IMG/VR virus record: IMGVR_UViG_2579778842_000017
Coordinates: 1 to 64,000 of that record
DNA: 64,000 nt
Source: a virus
Taxonomy: Duplodnaviria > Heunggongvirae > Uroviricota > Caudoviricetes
Reading direction: 5' to 3' (one strand)
In this document: one piece after another, positions 22,261-32,911 of the stretch
Layout of the letters: each line of letters begins with the position of its first letter
How positions within the stretch are numbered: position 1 is the stretch's first letter
Notes under the pieces: generated by a model
Told to the model about the DNA's origin: nothing
Seen by the model: the letters and a program-made list of their open reading frames with translations, nothing else
Database searches by the model: none
Position numbers and translations under genes: made by a program

Positions 22261-22863
22261 TTAAATGATTTGCCAGTCTTCAGCCATCAGGTCGCCAATG
22301 GATGGAACCCATGTAGCAAGGCGGTTCTGTGAGTTTTTCAATACAAGCGTGTCATTGAAAGTTGACTCGCCAACATATTCGCCAAAGCCATAACCCAACG
22401 CAGACGCTAATTTTTCCCCTTTCACGAGATAAACAAACTGGTCTTTCCCATTCCATCCTGCCCGCTGCAAACTTTTGCCCTGTTTTAACGCTTCCATGGC
22501 AAGGCCGAAACTTAGTCCTGATACCGGACGATAAGCCTTTTCGAATACTTCTTTTGGACTCCAGCTAACGTAGCCATCAAAGCGATCGGTGTTAGGTTTT
22601 CCGCCATCCAGATATTCAACCAGATAGCCTTCGTCCTCGCCGTTTTCTCCGGCAGGAAGCTGCCAGCCACGAAAATCGTTATATGCCTGTCTCGTCATCG
22701 GAAAGGCGTTAATCAGTTTTACGCCAATATGCTGGGTCATAAAATTACCTATGCAGTTGGGAATAAAAAGCCCCGCAAATGCGAGGCTAAATCCTGGTAT
22801 TTGTAATGAACTGGCTCTTATCTCAACGCAGCCCCTTACCGCGCGCCAGATGCTCAATATCAA
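22261..22863 (-). CDS. Hypothetical protein with C-terminal DUF2829-like motif
   Basis: motifs AMEALKQGKSLQRAGWNGKDQFVYLV and WVPSIGDLMAEDWQII; likely real start MTQHIGVKL near 22740. Confidence 0.55.
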   Translation of the reverse strand: MILSIWRAVRGCVEIRASSLQIPGFSLAFAGLFIPNCIGNFMTQHIGVKLINAFPMTRQAYNDFRGWQLPAGENGEDEGYLVEYLDGGKPNTDRFDGYVSWSPKEVFEKAYRPVSGLSFGLAMEALKQGKSLQRAGWNGKDQFVYLVKGEKLASALGYGFGEYVGESTFNDTLVLKNSQNRLATWVPSIGDLMAEDWQII

Positions 22864-22962
22864 GCATCAGCAATGAGATGTTTAATCTGGATTCACTCCA
22901 GAAGTGATCATCACCCTGTCTACAGAGCCAGATGTGAAGGATGATGAGTAAAATTATCGCTA

Positions 22963-23400
22963 TCATCGAAGGCATTGCGTCCTGATGTACTCCTGCAGGT
23001 AGTTAACCTGCGCGGTTATCCTGTCGATTCCACTTCGGAGACGGTAATAATTGAGTTCAGCATCTGCTGTAAGTCTTGGGCTTTCTCCATCGCCCATGCT
23101 GCTGGCTCCGGTCGTTGACTTTGCACAGATGGCGGCGACTTGCAGGCGCTTACGACCAGCAGAAACATCAGCACGGAGACTTTCGATAGTCGCGTTAGCA
23201 TCAGCAAGCTCCTTTGTGTATCTGGCGTCAAGTTCTGCTACATCACGTTGACGCTTCTGCATGTCAGCGATTGTGGATGTGGCCTTATCGCGCTGCTCTT
23301 TATAGGCGATGGCGTTATCACGGTAATGATTAACAGCCCATGACAGGCAGACGATGATGCAGATAATCAGAGCGGAGATAATCGCGGTTACTCTGCTCAT
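22963..23400 (-). CDS. Rz: i-spanin Rz
   Basis: 145 aa, N-terminal TM anchor, coiled-coil; follows lambda R-type endolysin. Confidence 0.85.
   Translation of the reverse strand: MSRVTAIISALIICIIVCLSWAVNHYRDNAIAYKEQRDKATSTIADMQKRQRDVAELDARYTKELADANATIESLRADVSAGRKRLQVAAICAKSTTGASSMGDGESPRLTADAELNYYRLRSGIDRITAQVNYLQEYIRTQCLR
23016..23201 (-). CDS. Rz1: o-spanin Rz1 lipoprotein, embedded in Rz in another frame
   Basis: [20 protein letters not shown] lipobox followed by Pro-rich mature region. Confidence 0.7.
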   Translation of the reverse strand: MLTRLSKVSVLMFLLVVSACKSPPSVQSQRPEPAAWAMEKAQDLQQMLNSIITVSEVESTG

Positions 23401-23873
23401 GCCTCAATCTCTCTTACCGTTCCGCCAGCTTCTTTGAATTTTGCAATCAGGCTGTCAGCCTTATGCTCGAACTGACCATAACCAGCGCCAGGCAGTGAAG
23501 CCCAGATATTGCTGCAACGGTCGATTGCCTGACGGATATCACCGCGATCAATCATGGGTAAAGCACCACGTTCTTTAATCTGCTGCAATGCCACAGCATC
23601 CTGGCTTTTGGGAGAGAAGTCTTTCAGGCCAAGCTGCTTGCGGTAGGCATCCCACCAACGGGAAAGAAGCTGGTAACGTCCTGCTGCTGTTGATTTGAGT
23701 TTGGGGTTTAGCGTGACAAGTTTGCGAGGGTGATCGGAGTAATCAGTGAATAGCTCTCCGCCAACAATGACGTCATAACCATGATTCCTGGTTTTCTGAC
23801 GTCCGTTATCAGTTCCCTCTGACCACGCCAGCATATCGAGGAACGCCTTACGTTGATTATTGATTTCCACCAT
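23397..23873 (-). CDS. R: Endolysin, lambda R-type lytic transglycosylase
   Basis: 158 aa; [39 protein letters not shown] essentially lambda R. Confidence 0.9.
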   Translation of the reverse strand: MVEINNQRKAFLDMLAWSEGTDNGRQKTRNHGYDVIVGGELFTDYSDHPRKLVTLNPKLKSTAAGRYQLLSRWWDAYRKQLGLKDFSPKSQDAVALQQIKERGALPMIDRGDIRQAIDRCSNIWASLPGAGYGQFEHKADSLIAKFKEAGGTVREIEA

Positions 23874-24180
23874 CTTCTACTCCGGCTTTTTTAGCAGCGA
23901 AGCGTTTGATAAGCGAACCAATCGAGTCAGTACCGATGTAGCCGATGAACACGCTCGTTATATAAGCGAGATTGCTACTTAGTCCGGCGAAGTCGAGAAG
24001 GTCACGAATGAACCAGGCGATAATGGCGCACATCGTTGCGTCGATTACTGTTTTTGTAAACGCACCGCCATTATATCTGCCGCGAAGGTACGCCATTGCA
24101 AACGCAAGGATTGCCCCGATGCCTTGTTCCTTTGCCGCGAGAATGGCGGCTAACAGGTCATGTTTTTCTGGCATCTTCAT
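23857..24180 (-). CDS. S: Holin, lambda S-type (dual start)
   Basis: 107 aa [39 protein letters not shown]. Confidence 0.9.
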   Translation of the reverse strand: MKMPEKHDLLAAILAAKEQGIGAILAFAMAYLRGRYNGGAFTKTVIDATMCAIIAWFIRDLLDFAGLSSNLAYITSVFIGYIGTDSIGSLIKRFAAKKAGVEDGGNQ

Positions 24181-24578
24181 GTCTTACCCCCAATAAGGGG
24201 ATTTGCTCTATTTAATTAGGAATAAGGTCGATTACTGATAGAACAAATCCAGGCTACTGTGTTTAGTAATCAGATTTGTTCGTGACCGATATGCACGGGC
24301 AAAACGGCAGGAGGTTGTTAGCGCGACCTCCTGTCACCCGCTTTCACGAAGATCATGTGTAGAAGGCCGCAGCGTAACTATCACTGATGAATTCAGGATA
24401 GCCAGTGGATACGGCTCAGTTTGGGTTGTGCTGTTGCTGGGCGGCGATGACGCCTGTACGCATTTGGTGATCCGGTTCTGCTTCCGGTATTCGCTTAATT
24501 CAGCACAACGGAAAGAGCACTCAATGCATTTAAACCAAGCCCCATAAAGGAGAATGCTCTTACCTGTTGCACAGATAT

Positions 24579-24635
24579 AAAAAATCCCGAAACCGTTATG
24601 CAGGCTCTAACTATTACCTGCGAACTGTTTCGGGA
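24579..24635 (-). terminator. tR'-like terminator (end of lambda-type 6S late leader RNA)
   Basis: minus-strand transcript forms AAUCCCGAAAC...GUUUCGGGAUUUUUUAU; matches lambda tR' region as I recall it. Confidence 0.6.
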
Positions 24636-24769
24636 TTGCATTTTGCAGACCTCTCAGCCTGCGATGGTTGGAGTTCCAGACGATACGTCGAAGTGACCAA
24701 CTAGGCGGAATCGGTAGTAAGCGCCGCCTCTTTTTATCTCACTACCACAACGAGCGAATTAACCCATCG

Positions 24770-24810
24770 TTGGGTCAAATTTACCCAACTTTATTCAAAA
24801 AGTCAATATC
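24770..24810 (-). promoter_or_regulatory. Late promoter pR' with qut region
   Basis: minus strand reads TTGACT-17 bp-TAAATT then CGATGGGTTAATTCGCTCGTTGTGG, matching the lambda pR'/qut arrangement; just downstream of Q. Confidence 0.6.
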
Positions 24811-24848
24811 ATGCCGTTAATATGTTGCCATCCGTGGCAATCATGCTG

Positions 24849-25472
24849 CTAACGTGTGACCGCATTCAAAATGTTGTCTGCGATTGACTCTTCTTTGTGG
24901 CATTGCACCACCAGAGCGTCATACAGCGGCTTAACAGTGCGTGACCAGGTGGGTTGGGTAAGATTTGGGATTAGCATCGTCACAGCGCGATATGCGGCGC
25001 TTGCTGGCATCCTTGAATAGCCGACACCTTTGCATCTTCCGCATTCTTTCTCAACAACTCTCCCCCACTGCTCTGTTTTTGCTATATCAACCGCACGGCC
25101 TGTACCGTGACAATCTCTGCATCTTGCGCCAGGCGTCGCGGCACTACGGCAATAATCCGCATAAGCGAATGTTGCGAGCACTTGCAGTACCTTTGCCTTA
25201 GTATTTCCTTCGAGCTTTGCCACACCACGGTATTTCCCCGATACCTTGTGTGCAAATTGCATCAGATAGTTGATAGCCTTTTGTTTGTCGTTCTGGCTGA
25301 GTTCGTGCTTACCACAGAATGCAGCCATTCCGAATCCGGCTTGTGATTGCGCCATCCCCATAGCAGCCATCACATCAGTACCGGAAAGAGAGTCAGAAGC
25401 CGTGGCCCGTGGTGAGTCACTCATCATCGGGCTTTTTGGCGAATGAAATTTAGCCACGCTTTCGAGTCTCAT
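24849..25472 (-). CDS. Q: Late antiterminator Q (lambda-type)
   Basis: 207 aa, Zn-finger Cys cluster (CRDCHGTG...CGRCKG); same length as lambda Q. Confidence 0.9.
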   Translation of the reverse strand: MRLESVAKFHSPKSPMMSDSPRATASDSLSGTDVMAAMGMAQSQAGFGMAAFCGKHELSQNDKQKAINYLMQFAHKVSGKYRGVAKLEGNTKAKVLQVLATFAYADYCRSAATPGARCRDCHGTGRAVDIAKTEQWGRVVEKECGRCKGVGYSRMPASAAYRAVTMLIPNLTQPTWSRTVKPLYDALVVQCHKEESIADNILNAVTR

Positions 25473-26134
25473 GCGCCTTCTCCCTGTACCTGAATCAATG
25501 TGAGATTTCCGCAGAACACTGCCCCAGTATCGATATACATCTGGTTGGCAAATTTGAGTGGTTTCACTGCTGGCGTATGACCAAAGATGAACGTGTCCGC
25601 GCCTTTGATTTCTTTCACGATCCCGTCTTGTGAGTTGCTGATTCGTTCGCGGTTCCAGATTACCTGCTGATGATCAACTGGCTTTCCAAACTCGTATTCG
25701 TCACAAGGATAATCGGCGTGGCAGATGACATATTTTTTATCTTTGCTCACCAGTTCGATGATTAACGGAAGTTCATCTGCTTTATGGGCAAGAGCTTTAG
25801 CCAGAATTTCTTTGTCGTAATCGAGATTAAAGAACCAGCCACCGCCATTAAGCATCCAGTGATTGACGTTTCCTCGCTCTGATAAGCCATCAATCATCAT
25901 TTGCTCATGGTTTCCACGTACAGCTCTGAACCAGGGGAATGTGATTAATTCCAGGCATTCGACGTTCTCTGTACCGCGATCGACCAAATCGCCAACCGAG
26001 ATAAGCAGGTCTTTTTTGGTGTCGAATCCTATCGTCTCCAGTTTTTTCATCAGGTTCGTGTAGCATCCGTGCAGATCGCCAACTACCCAAATATTTCGGT
26101 ATTTGCTGCCATCAATTCTTTCGTAATAGCGCAT
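25469..26134 (-). CDS. Ser/Thr protein phosphatase (lambda PPase / NinI-type)
   Basis: metallophosphatase motifs GDLHG, GDLVDRG, GNHE; start likely [10 protein letters not shown]. Confidence 0.85.
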   Translation of the reverse strand: MRYYERIDGSKYRNIWVVGDLHGCYTNLMKKLETIGFDTKKDLLISVGDLVDRGTENVECLELITFPWFRAVRGNHEQMMIDGLSERGNVNHWMLNGGGWFFNLDYDKEILAKALAHKADELPLIIELVSKDKKYVICHADYPCDEYEFGKPVDHQQVIWNRERISNSQDGIVKEIKGADTFIFGHTPAVKPLKFANQMYIDTGAVFCGNLTLIQVQGEGA

Positions 26135-26318
26135 CTCTTTCACTCCATCCGCGATGAACCATAAGAACGTCGTTGACGATGGCGTGCATTTTCCCGTCTT
26201 TATCATCAACGTATTTTCTGACCGTACAGCGACTACATTTCAGTCTGCGTGCTACTTCTGTCTGGTTTCCGTATGCTTCAACGAGCATGTCTGGAATGGT
26301 TTTTACTGAGAACGTCAT
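26112..26318 (-). CDS. ninH: NinH
   Basis: 68 aa [30 protein letters not shown]..., lambda NinH-like. Confidence 0.8.
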   Translation of the reverse strand: MTFSVKTIPDMLVEAYGNQTEVARRLKCSRCTVRKYVDDKDGKMHAIVNDVLMVHRGWSERDALLRKN

Positions 26319-26929
26319 GCGGCCTCACTTCTGCTATTTCGCAGGTCTTTGAGTTTCTGTTGGTACTCTGCCTTGATCGCCTTGCACTCTTCGACAGTCC
26401 AGCGATGGCGGTTATGGTTTGATTCGATTTCGTCTACTGCTTCCTGCCCGATACGGCTAATCAGTTCGACGCGATACGGAACGAGATTTCCGCTTTTGTG
26501 CTGGTTGCACACCACGCATTGCTTGTGAATATTGCGTTCATCAAATCGGAGTTGAGGTGCCGCAGCAGTTGTCCGGTAATGTCCGGCATCCCACTGAGCA
26601 GACGTGATCGTTCCGCATGAGATACATGGTAAGTCGCGGTCTCTTTCTCTGATGAAGGCGTTTACGGCTTGTTGGACTTGTTTAATCCAGTAACTGCGGG
26701 GCTTTAAGGCGAGTTTTCGAATCTTAAGTTTATCTTTCTGTTTCTGCTCCTCTCGTCGTCGTTTCTTCTCTGCTGCTTTTTCCGCTTTTTCGCGTTCTTT
26801 GCTTCGTCGTTCGAGTGCTATCTTTGTTCCACACTCTGGAGAGCACCACCACTGATTAGCGAATGCAGGGTGAAACCATTCCCGACATTCTTCGTTTTTA
26901 CATCGTCTTCGCGCTGGTTTAGCCATCAT
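26315..26929 (-). CDS. ninG: NinG (Rap-like recombination endonuclease)
   Basis: Cys-rich NinG family; start likely [10 protein letters not shown]. Confidence 0.8.
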   Translation of the reverse strand: MMAKPARRRCKNEECREWFHPAFANQWWCSPECGTKIALERRSKEREKAEKAAEKKRRREEQKQKDKLKIRKLALKPRSYWIKQVQQAVNAFIRERDRDLPCISCGTITSAQWDAGHYRTTAAAPQLRFDERNIHKQCVVCNQHKSGNLVPYRVELISRIGQEAVDEIESNHNRHRWTVEECKAIKAEYQQKLKDLRNSRSEAA

Positions 26930-27095
26930 CTTCTTCCTCGTACATTGAGCTATTCGGATCACTCATAAGTTCTGCGCAACAGTGCTCACACACGTGAACT
27001 TCCAGTACATGCAGCTTCTGACCGCAGTTAGCACACGTTAAAGCTCGCTCGACGCTTTCTTTCTGGTATTGAAGGGATTGGGATGGGCTAAGCAT
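26919..27095 (-). CDS. ninF: NinF
   Basis: 58-aa [61 protein letters not shown] translated by hand; below the ORF-track size cut-off. Confidence 0.7.
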   Translation of the reverse strand: MLSPSQSLQYQKESVERALTCANCGQKLHVLEVHVCEHCCAELMSDPNSSMYEEEDDG

Positions 27096-27456
27096 TATTG
27101 GCGTCCTGCATCATGAGAAAGACAATCATGGCGGCGCGGAGAACATTTTCATGCTCATGCTCCCAAATAGGGTTGGCAGAAGCACCGTGCAAACCGCTTT
27201 CGTTCCAGTCCCAGAGAATGTTAACTCTGTTATCATCAATAATCGGCCATGCGTCTGCTGGGTTTGCGCATGGGTTAAAGGATCCGCGCTCAACTTCTAC
27301 TTCAACTGCGTCTCCGTTTACAATGTCTCCCTCAAATGAGATAAACACCATCGCGCCATTCTCACCTTCTTTGTAATCCGGTGATCCGTTATGAATGGCT
27401 TCGAATACCGCCACGTTAATTTCAAAATCACTTAACTGTGAATAATCCATTGTCAT
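27088..27456 (-). CDS. Nin-region hypothetical protein (NinX / DUF2591-like), paralog of 41409-41762
   Basis: starts [14 protein letters not shown], ends [19 protein letters not shown]; start overlaps ninE stop (ATGA). Confidence 0.6.
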   Translation of the reverse strand: MTMDYSQLSDFEINVAVFEAIHNGSPDYKEGENGAMVFISFEGDIVNGDAVEVEVERGSFNPCANPADAWPIIDDNRVNILWDWNESGLHGASANPIWEHEHENVLRAAMIVFLMMQDANNA

Positions 27457-27629
27457 TTCCTCGCACGATTTCTTAGCCACCGGATATCCCACAGGTGAGC
27501 CGTGTAGTTGAAGGTTTTTACGTCAGATTCTTTTGGGATTGGCTTGCGTTTATTTCTGGAGCGTTTCGTTGGAAGGTATTTGCAGTTTTCGCAGATGATG
27601 TCGGTGAAACTTCGTCGCTGTCGCCTCAT
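27453..27629 (-). CDS. ninE: NinE
   Basis: [58 protein letters not shown], near-identical to lambda NinE. Confidence 0.75.
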   Translation of the reverse strand: MRRQRRSFTDIICENCKYLPTKRSRNKRKPIPKESDVKTFNYTAHLWDIRWLRNRARK

Positions 27630-28153
27630 GCCGCCCTCCTGACGCCCTGCCCGATCGCCATCAATGCCGCTTTGGATACGGTAGTAAACATCCGTCGAGG
27701 ACTGATGAACGGTCGCCAAATCAGCAGCATGGAGCCTTTGCTGTTTCCCTTCTTCTCCAGCCATGTCGATGGTTCGATAAAATTAATCCGTCCATCAGTG
27801 ATAATGCGAACTTCGTCGACACTCTCCAGAGCCTTGCTGAACCATCCGACTGACATATCCTCTGGCACAAGCATAACTACCGTCTGTCGCTGTTGTATGC
27901 ACTGCTCAGCGGCTTTTTCCACCCACGGCCTGATATTGCTGTACGGTGGGTTATTCCAGATTGCACCGTGGCTTACCCACTCAGAATTGAGCGCGTCGTC
28001 GGCCTCAGTTAGCCAGTGAGCACACAGAGCATTTTTGTCGCTCGCTGCCGAATCCAGCCAGAATCCAAACTCAATATCCAGTGCATCAAAAAGCCAAAGC
28101 GGCGTTTGCCAGCAGTCCTTGTCGTGTGCTGGCGTATTTGATTTGATAGTCAT
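27626..28153 (-). CDS. Phage orphan DNA N6-adenine methyltransferase
   Basis: NPPY motif ([12 protein letters not shown]), size about 175 aa from [18 protein letters not shown]. Confidence 0.8.
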   Translation of the reverse strand: MTIKSNTPAHDKDCWQTPLWLFDALDIEFGFWLDSAASDKNALCAHWLTEADDALNSEWVSHGAIWNNPPYSNIRPWVEKAAEQCIQQRQTVVMLVPEDMSVGWFSKALESVDEVRIITDGRINFIEPSTWLEKKGNSKGSMLLIWRPFISPRRMFTTVSKAALMAIGQGVRRAA

Positions 28154-28590
28154 GCAGCCCGATCTCCCCATCGCGCTTTCCACTCCAGAGCCAGTCGCGC
28201 TTCGTCTGACCACTTAACGCCACGCTCTGTACCGAATGCCTGTATAAGCTCTAATAACTCCGCAAATTCGCTTACACGCATCCTGCTGGTTGACTGGCCT
28301 ATTACCACAAAGCCATTCCCGGCAAGGTTAGGAACAACGTCCTGCTGCTTTAATGCTGCGGTAAACACACACTTCCAGCTTTCTGCATCCAGCCGGCGAC
28401 CATGCCATTCAACCTGACGCGAAACGTCACCAAGGCAAGCCCAAAGCTTCCGATTTTGGTCTAAGCTGCGGTTGTGCTCCTGAATGGTTACTACTATTGG
28501 TTTGGTTGGGTCTGGAAGGATTTGCTGTACTGCGTGAATAGCGTTTTGCTGATGTGCTGGAGATCGAATTTCAAAGGTTAGTTTTTTCAT
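28150..28590 (-). CDS. ninB: NinB (Orf-family recombination mediator)
   Basis: 146 aa MKKLTFEIRSPAHQQNAIHAVQQILPD..., lambda NinB-like. Confidence 0.85.
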   Translation of the reverse strand: MKKLTFEIRSPAHQQNAIHAVQQILPDPTKPIVVTIQEHNRSLDQNRKLWACLGDVSRQVEWHGRRLDAESWKCVFTAALKQQDVVPNLAGNGFVVIGQSTSRMRVSEFAELLELIQAFGTERGVKWSDEARLALEWKARWGDRAA

Positions 28591-28783
28591 GACTTCCCTC
28601 TCTAACAGATTTCAGGTTATTCCACTCCGTTACCGCACTGCGATAATTCGCGGCCGCCACAGCGGCGTGGTTAGCGCAGTAGATTTGGCACCCGTTCTCC
28701 ATGTCTAATATTGTCGGTGATTTTCCGCATTTACATTTTTTGGCACGCGGTGCGTCTGAACACATTCCGTTAACGGTGTTCAT
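28571..28783 (-). CDS. Small Cys-rich (zinc-ribbon-like) protein
   Basis: 70 aa with C-x-C ... C-x3-C; between helicase and ninB. Confidence 0.5.
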   Translation of the reverse strand: MNTVNGMCSDAPRAKKCKCGKSPTILDMENGCQIYCANHAAVAAANYRSAVTEWNNLKSVREGSHEKTNL

Positions 28784-28864
28784 CAGGATCCCCCTCGTTC
28801 TTAATCCAATAAAAAAGGGCTACTGTGTAAATAGCCCCTATTATTAGCTCAGTGATGTAGATGG

Positions 28865-31258
28865 TCATACGTCCGCCCCTTGTGCATATCGTCTGCCACG
28901 CGCAGCAGGCGCATTTGATGCTGTGCAAATCTGTCTGGCTTCATCCTGGTCACATGCAACAAAGTGTCCGTTGCAGAACCGCTGGTAAACCGTACCAAGT
29001 GAGCCAAAACGGTTTTTCGTCACGATGATTTCAGCAAATGGCGCGGCGCTACTGTTCTCGTCATATACCGCTTCCCGATAGAGCATGATGATTGAGTCTG
29101 CGTCCTGCTCAATGCTTCCTGAATCACGCAAATCTGCGTTTGTCGGGCGTTTGTTTGGTCGCTTCTCAACATCGCGCGAAAGCTGACTTAGGGAGATAAC
29201 AGGCGTTTTCAAGTCTTTCGCCATCGCCTTCAGGCTTCCTGAGATGTGAGCAATTGCGAGGTCGTTGCGGTCTGCTTTCGGCTTCTCAATCAGGCCAAGA
29301 TAATCCGCCATGATGAGTGAGAGGTTTGGATTTTCCTGTTTGTGCCGTTCTGCGATTGAGCGTATTTCTTCGACCGATAACCGCGAGGCATCGACTACCC
29401 ATACATCCAAATCCGCTAGCTGACTCATGCCGTTAGCAACACGTGCCCAGCCCTCGTCATCCATCGATGCAGGATTTCGCAGTACGCTAACCGACATCCT
29501 CCCGGCGTTGGCAATGCTTCGCTCTGCAATCTGCAATGCGCTCATTTCCATTGAGAAAATCAATACCCCGCGCCGGACGTCAGAACCAGGAATAACGCGG
29601 CTTGCAACGCCTTCGGCAATCTTCAGCGCCAGTTCCGTATTGTGCGTAACGATGTAATCCGTTGTCACATAGAGATGGCTAGGATGGCTTACCATGATGC
29701 AGAGACACTCTTCTGGCTCAACAACTTCAACCGATTTGATACCCACACCAAGGTCGCCAAGCCTGTTAATCCCGAGATTTTTGCGTAAACGTGGTGAGTG
29801 AATTTGCTCTATCAAAGATGATGGCAACTTCATGCTGACCATGTGTGCATCAAGTCCGTCGTGCTTCTCTCCTTTGTACGTGTAAACTATTCCCGTCCTG
29901 CTGGATTCTTTGGCGGTTCCACCTAAAGATCTAACAAGCCTTACTAATCCTTTAGCTAATTTCTGACTGGATGAACTAAAGCGGATGCATCCGGACTTCT
30001 CAACCCAGCCATCTGTCTCGAGAAGGCCAGTTAAAACACCGGTACGTATTTCTTTGCTAGCACTAAAAATTTCTGCTGGGATTTCCTTCTCGGACGCACC
30101 TTTCCCGATCACCCCAATGCCACGTAGTTTGTCCAATAGTGGGTTCTTCTGGCCTTTTTGGTTGCTTATCAAATAATCATTCTCTCCTACCTTAACCAGT
30201 CGCAATGGTGCAATTGCATCACTCATGCGGCTCAGGACATATTCTTCCGAGTTGGTGAATTTGATGCCTTTTATCAACGAACCGTCACCAAGTAGAGCCC
30301 CAATAACCCAACCATCAAGGGGAATATTTTTACCAAAGTCTCCGGTCAAGGATGGCACTCTTATTCTTCCCTGATAACGTGTTTTTTGTAGCATCCCAGC
30401 CAGCGCATCAGTATCAACAACGCGTTTACCAGTAAATCTTGATGATGAAATTTCCCATAAGTGGTTGTCGGCACATTTCACGCTACGTCCGTCTTCAAAG
30501 GTGACTAAATATGTGAATTTCTTCCCTTGTGGGAAGACGCCAATTACCTCCGAAGGAAGCCCGTCTATTGACGCGATGCGATCGCCAATTTTGACTTCTC
30601 CGTGAGTAGTCCAGGTGCCATCTGCAAGTAAAATCCCTTCGCTTAGCGCCATTGCTTTCCCCATACCAGGACGAGCAGCGATTATCACCAGGTCTTCCGC
30701 GTTCATCCCTCCGGTGATGGCATCAAGTTCTTCGATTCCGGTCTTCAGGGTATCGGACTCTTCTCCGTTCCTCAGACGCCTGTCAAGCGTGTCAGTGTAG
30801 TCAGTAATGATTTCCCCTAACCGTACAGGTTTTACCTCGTCACGGGGCTTTCTGATAGCTGAGAGACGTTTTACAAGTTCATCCATCGCCTGACTCGATG
30901 CGTCGATGGTTCCGCTCTGAATTGGTTCACGCATTTCATCCATGATTTCCAGCACCAGACGGCGGTGATAGTTATCCGCGACCATTCCGGCATATCCCTT
31001 CAGGTTTGCGGCACTCGGGCAGTTTTTGCTGGTCATCAGGATTGACGTGAAATGCTCCTCTCCGCACGCCTCGGCAACCATCAGCGCATCGATTAGGTTT
31101 CTGTTTCTCGCCTGCTTGCGGATAACCTCGAAGGCTTTCCGGTAGAGCGGAATTGAAAACGCTTCCGGCTCCAGCGTTGCCAGAACGTCGCTGGCGGTTG
31201 GTGTTAATCCACCAATCAGCAGGCCACCGATAACGCTCGCTTCGATATCCTGTCTCAT
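28865..31258 (-). CDS. Replicative DnaB-like helicase (P22 gene 12-type) interrupted by an in-frame intein
   Basis: 797 aa; Walker A AARPGMGK split from [10 protein letters not shown] by about 339 aa; C-terminal DnaB-like RecA fold. Confidence 0.85.
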   Translation of the reverse strand: MRQDIEASVIGGLLIGGLTPTASDVLATLEPEAFSIPLYRKAFEVIRKQARNRNLIDALMVAEACGEEHFTSILMTSKNCPSAANLKGYAGMVADNYHRRLVLEIMDEMREPIQSGTIDASSQAMDELVKRLSAIRKPRDEVKPVRLGEIITDYTDTLDRRLRNGEESDTLKTGIEELDAITGGMNAEDLVIIAARPGMGKAMALSEGILLADGTWTTHGEVKIGDRIASIDGLPSEVIGVFPQGKKFTYLVTFEDGRSVKCADNHLWEISSSRFTGKRVVDTDALAGMLQKTRYQGRIRVPSLTGDFGKNIPLDGWVIGALLGDGSLIKGIKFTNSEEYVLSRMSDAIAPLRLVKVGENDYLISNQKGQKNPLLDKLRGIGVIGKGASEKEIPAEIFSASKEIRTGVLTGLLETDGWVEKSGCIRFSSSSQKLAKGLVRLVRSLGGTAKESSRTGIVYTYKGEKHDGLDAHMVSMKLPSSLIEQIHSPRLRKNLGINRLGDLGVGIKSVEVVEPEECLCIMVSHPSHLYVTTDYIVTHNTELALKIAEGVASRVIPGSDVRRGVLIFSMEMSALQIAERSIANAGRMSVSVLRNPASMDDEGWARVANGMSQLADLDVWVVDASRLSVEEIRSIAERHKQENPNLSLIMADYLGLIEKPKADRNDLAIAHISGSLKAMAKDLKTPVISLSQLSRDVEKRPNKRPTNADLRDSGSIEQDADSIIMLYREAVYDENSSAAPFAEIIVTKNRFGSLGTVYQRFCNGHFVACDQDEARQICTASNAPAARGRRYAQGADV
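29639..30655 (-). mobile_element. Intein with LAGLIDADG-type homing endonuclease domain inside the helicase P-loop
   Basis: in-frame insert [13 protein letters not shown]...YIVTHN|T; motifs [13 protein letters not shown] and [11 protein letters not shown]; ends HN followed by Thr; begins with Ala. Confidence 0.65.
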
Positions 31259-32076
31259 GCAATCCCCCTGTCTGCAAACTTCCCTTCCCGTACTCCCGTT
31301 AACGAATCTTCCCTCAGCAGGTAATCAAAATCAGCTGTCCAGCCCGTGTCGTTGTCTCCGAAGTAAAACGGCTTGGCCTGATGCACAAACGCCCTGACAT
31401 ACGCTCTGAAACCGTCCACGTTTGGCGTTTTCAGTTGCGGGATGATTTTCTTCAGGCGGCGTTTGCGTTTCTCGTTGACCGCAACAGCGTGTGGCAGTCT
31501 GTCACCGACTTCGGTGTTGTAGGCGTTCAGGAAGGATTCGTAGTCGATTCGTTCTGCCTTGCGACGTTCAGGTTTAACCTGCCCATCGCCACCCCCGTTA
31601 GGGGGTAAGGGGGTATTTGTATTTATTGTCTTTTGTATATTGTCTTTTGTGTTTAGCTGACTTGGCTTATACCCATTAGCCGACTTGGCTAATGTTTTAT
31701 TAGCTGTTTTAGCTAATGTTAAGCTGTCCTGGCTAATCCACTGAGAAACCACCTTGTTCACTCCGATTTTCACGCCATCAGCAATGAGGAATTTACGCTC
31801 GATAAGCTGGCGCTTGGCAGCGCAAACATGAGTGTGATGAATACCTGTCATGGCTGCTATCTGCGTGTTTGTGAGTCGATCCATCGGCTTATTGAATCCG
31901 TATGTCTTGCGCATGATAGCGAGCATCACCTTCAACTGCCGGACGGTTAAATCAGCCATCAGCAGACTGTCGGTAATCTCGTTAGCAACGCGCATGAAAC
32001 CATCTTCGGTATCTGCCACGCGATGCTCCACGACCTCAAGTTGAGGCCTGTAATCAGCTAACTTAACGACGCCCAT
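31255..32076 (-). CDS. Replication initiation protein (P22 gene 18 / O-like)
   Basis: 273 aa, HTH-like N-terminal region, upstream of helicase. Confidence 0.8.
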   Translation of the reverse strand: MGVVKLADYRPQLEVVEHRVADTEDGFMRVANEITDSLLMADLTVRQLKVMLAIMRKTYGFNKPMDRLTNTQIAAMTGIHHTHVCAAKRQLIERKFLIADGVKIGVNKVVSQWISQDSLTLAKTANKTLAKSANGYKPSQLNTKDNIQKTINTNTPLPPNGGGDGQVKPERRKAERIDYESFLNAYNTEVGDRLPHAVAVNEKRKRRLKKIIPQLKTPNVDGFRAYVRAFVHQAKPFYFGDNDTGWTADFDYLLREDSLTGVREGKFADRGIA

Positions 32077-32258
32077 GTTTCACTCCTGCTTTGGCTAGTC
32101 TGTAAACACCAACAAGGCGCTCTGCGAACGCCCTGTTATTTGCTGCGGCTACCACTAATCCCTCGGGTGAATCAGGGTGTCGAATATCTTCTTTTTCCTG
32201 GTATTTCTTACGACGTTTTGTCATAATTACTCCTGTGGATTGATCCAGTCTTTCTACA

Positions 32259-32537
32259 TCAGGCCTCGAAGAATTCGCCGTTCTTCGGGGCTTTTTCTTT
32301 TGTCAGCATTCTGGCTACTTTCTTAGCCAGTTCCGCCAACTCCTCGTCTTCAACACCCCATTCAAGAACAGCCAGAAGCATTCCCATTTTTGGGATGAAG
32401 CTGTCTTTCCATCGCGAAATTTGCGATTCATTAATCCCTAACGCGTCGGCAACCTTTCGCTGACCACGTACAGCAATTCGATTCAGGATGTTGCTTGTAA
32501 TTGCATTCGCTTTCTTGCGAGTACTTGTAAGTTGCAT
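32259..32537 (-). CDS. c1: CII-like transcriptional activator (P22 c1)
   Basis: 92 aa with HTH KVADALGINESQISRWK; downstream of cro. Confidence 0.75.
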   Translation of the reverse strand: MQLTSTRKKANAITSNILNRIAVRGQRKVADALGINESQISRWKDSFIPKMGMLLAVLEWGVEDEELAELAKKVARMLTKEKAPKNGEFFEA

Positions 32538-32596
32538 ATGTAAGTATTTCCTTAACTAATAAGAAGTTATGCGCATCAACTTATGCGCGTTGTATT

Positions 32597-32638
32597 CCCG
32601 CATTTCGGCGGGAATGAGGACCATGACTGTTAAAGAGC
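32597..32638 (-). promoter_or_regulatory. nutR (boxA + boxB)
   Basis: minus-strand transcript carries boxA-like TGCTCTTTAACA then hairpin CCCGCCGAAAUGCGGG; identical hairpin at nutL. Confidence 0.6.
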
Positions 32639-32645
32639 AATTTGC

Positions 32646-32831
32646 TTATGCCGCTTTGCGGTAAGCGCTTTCTTGATACTTCAGGGCGCCAGCTGTAACG
32701 ACTTCCAGTCGATAGGCGTCTTTCTCTGGGATGACTTCCTTCCACTGAGAGACTGCTGAATCGCTAATGCCTAACGCTTTAGCTACAGCACGCTGGGTTC
32801 CGAAGTGGTCGATAACATCTTTCTTGTACAT
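32646..32831 (-). CDS. cro: Cro repressor
   Basis: 61 aa HTH protein (RAVAKALGISDSAVSQWK) divergent from c2. Confidence 0.85.
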   Translation of the reverse strand: MYKKDVIDHFGTQRAVAKALGISDSAVSQWKEVIPEKDAYRLEVVTAGALKYQESAYRKAA

Positions 32832-32911
32832 AGACTCGCTCCGAAATTAAAGAACACTTAAATTATCCACTAAAGGAATCTTAAGTCAAGTTTATTTAAG
32901 ATGTCTTAACT
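32832..32911. promoter_or_regulatory. OR operators with PR/PRM (P22 immC type)
   Basis: palindromic operators ATTAAAGAACACTTAAAT and ATTTAAGATGTCTTAA between cro and c2. Confidence 0.7.
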
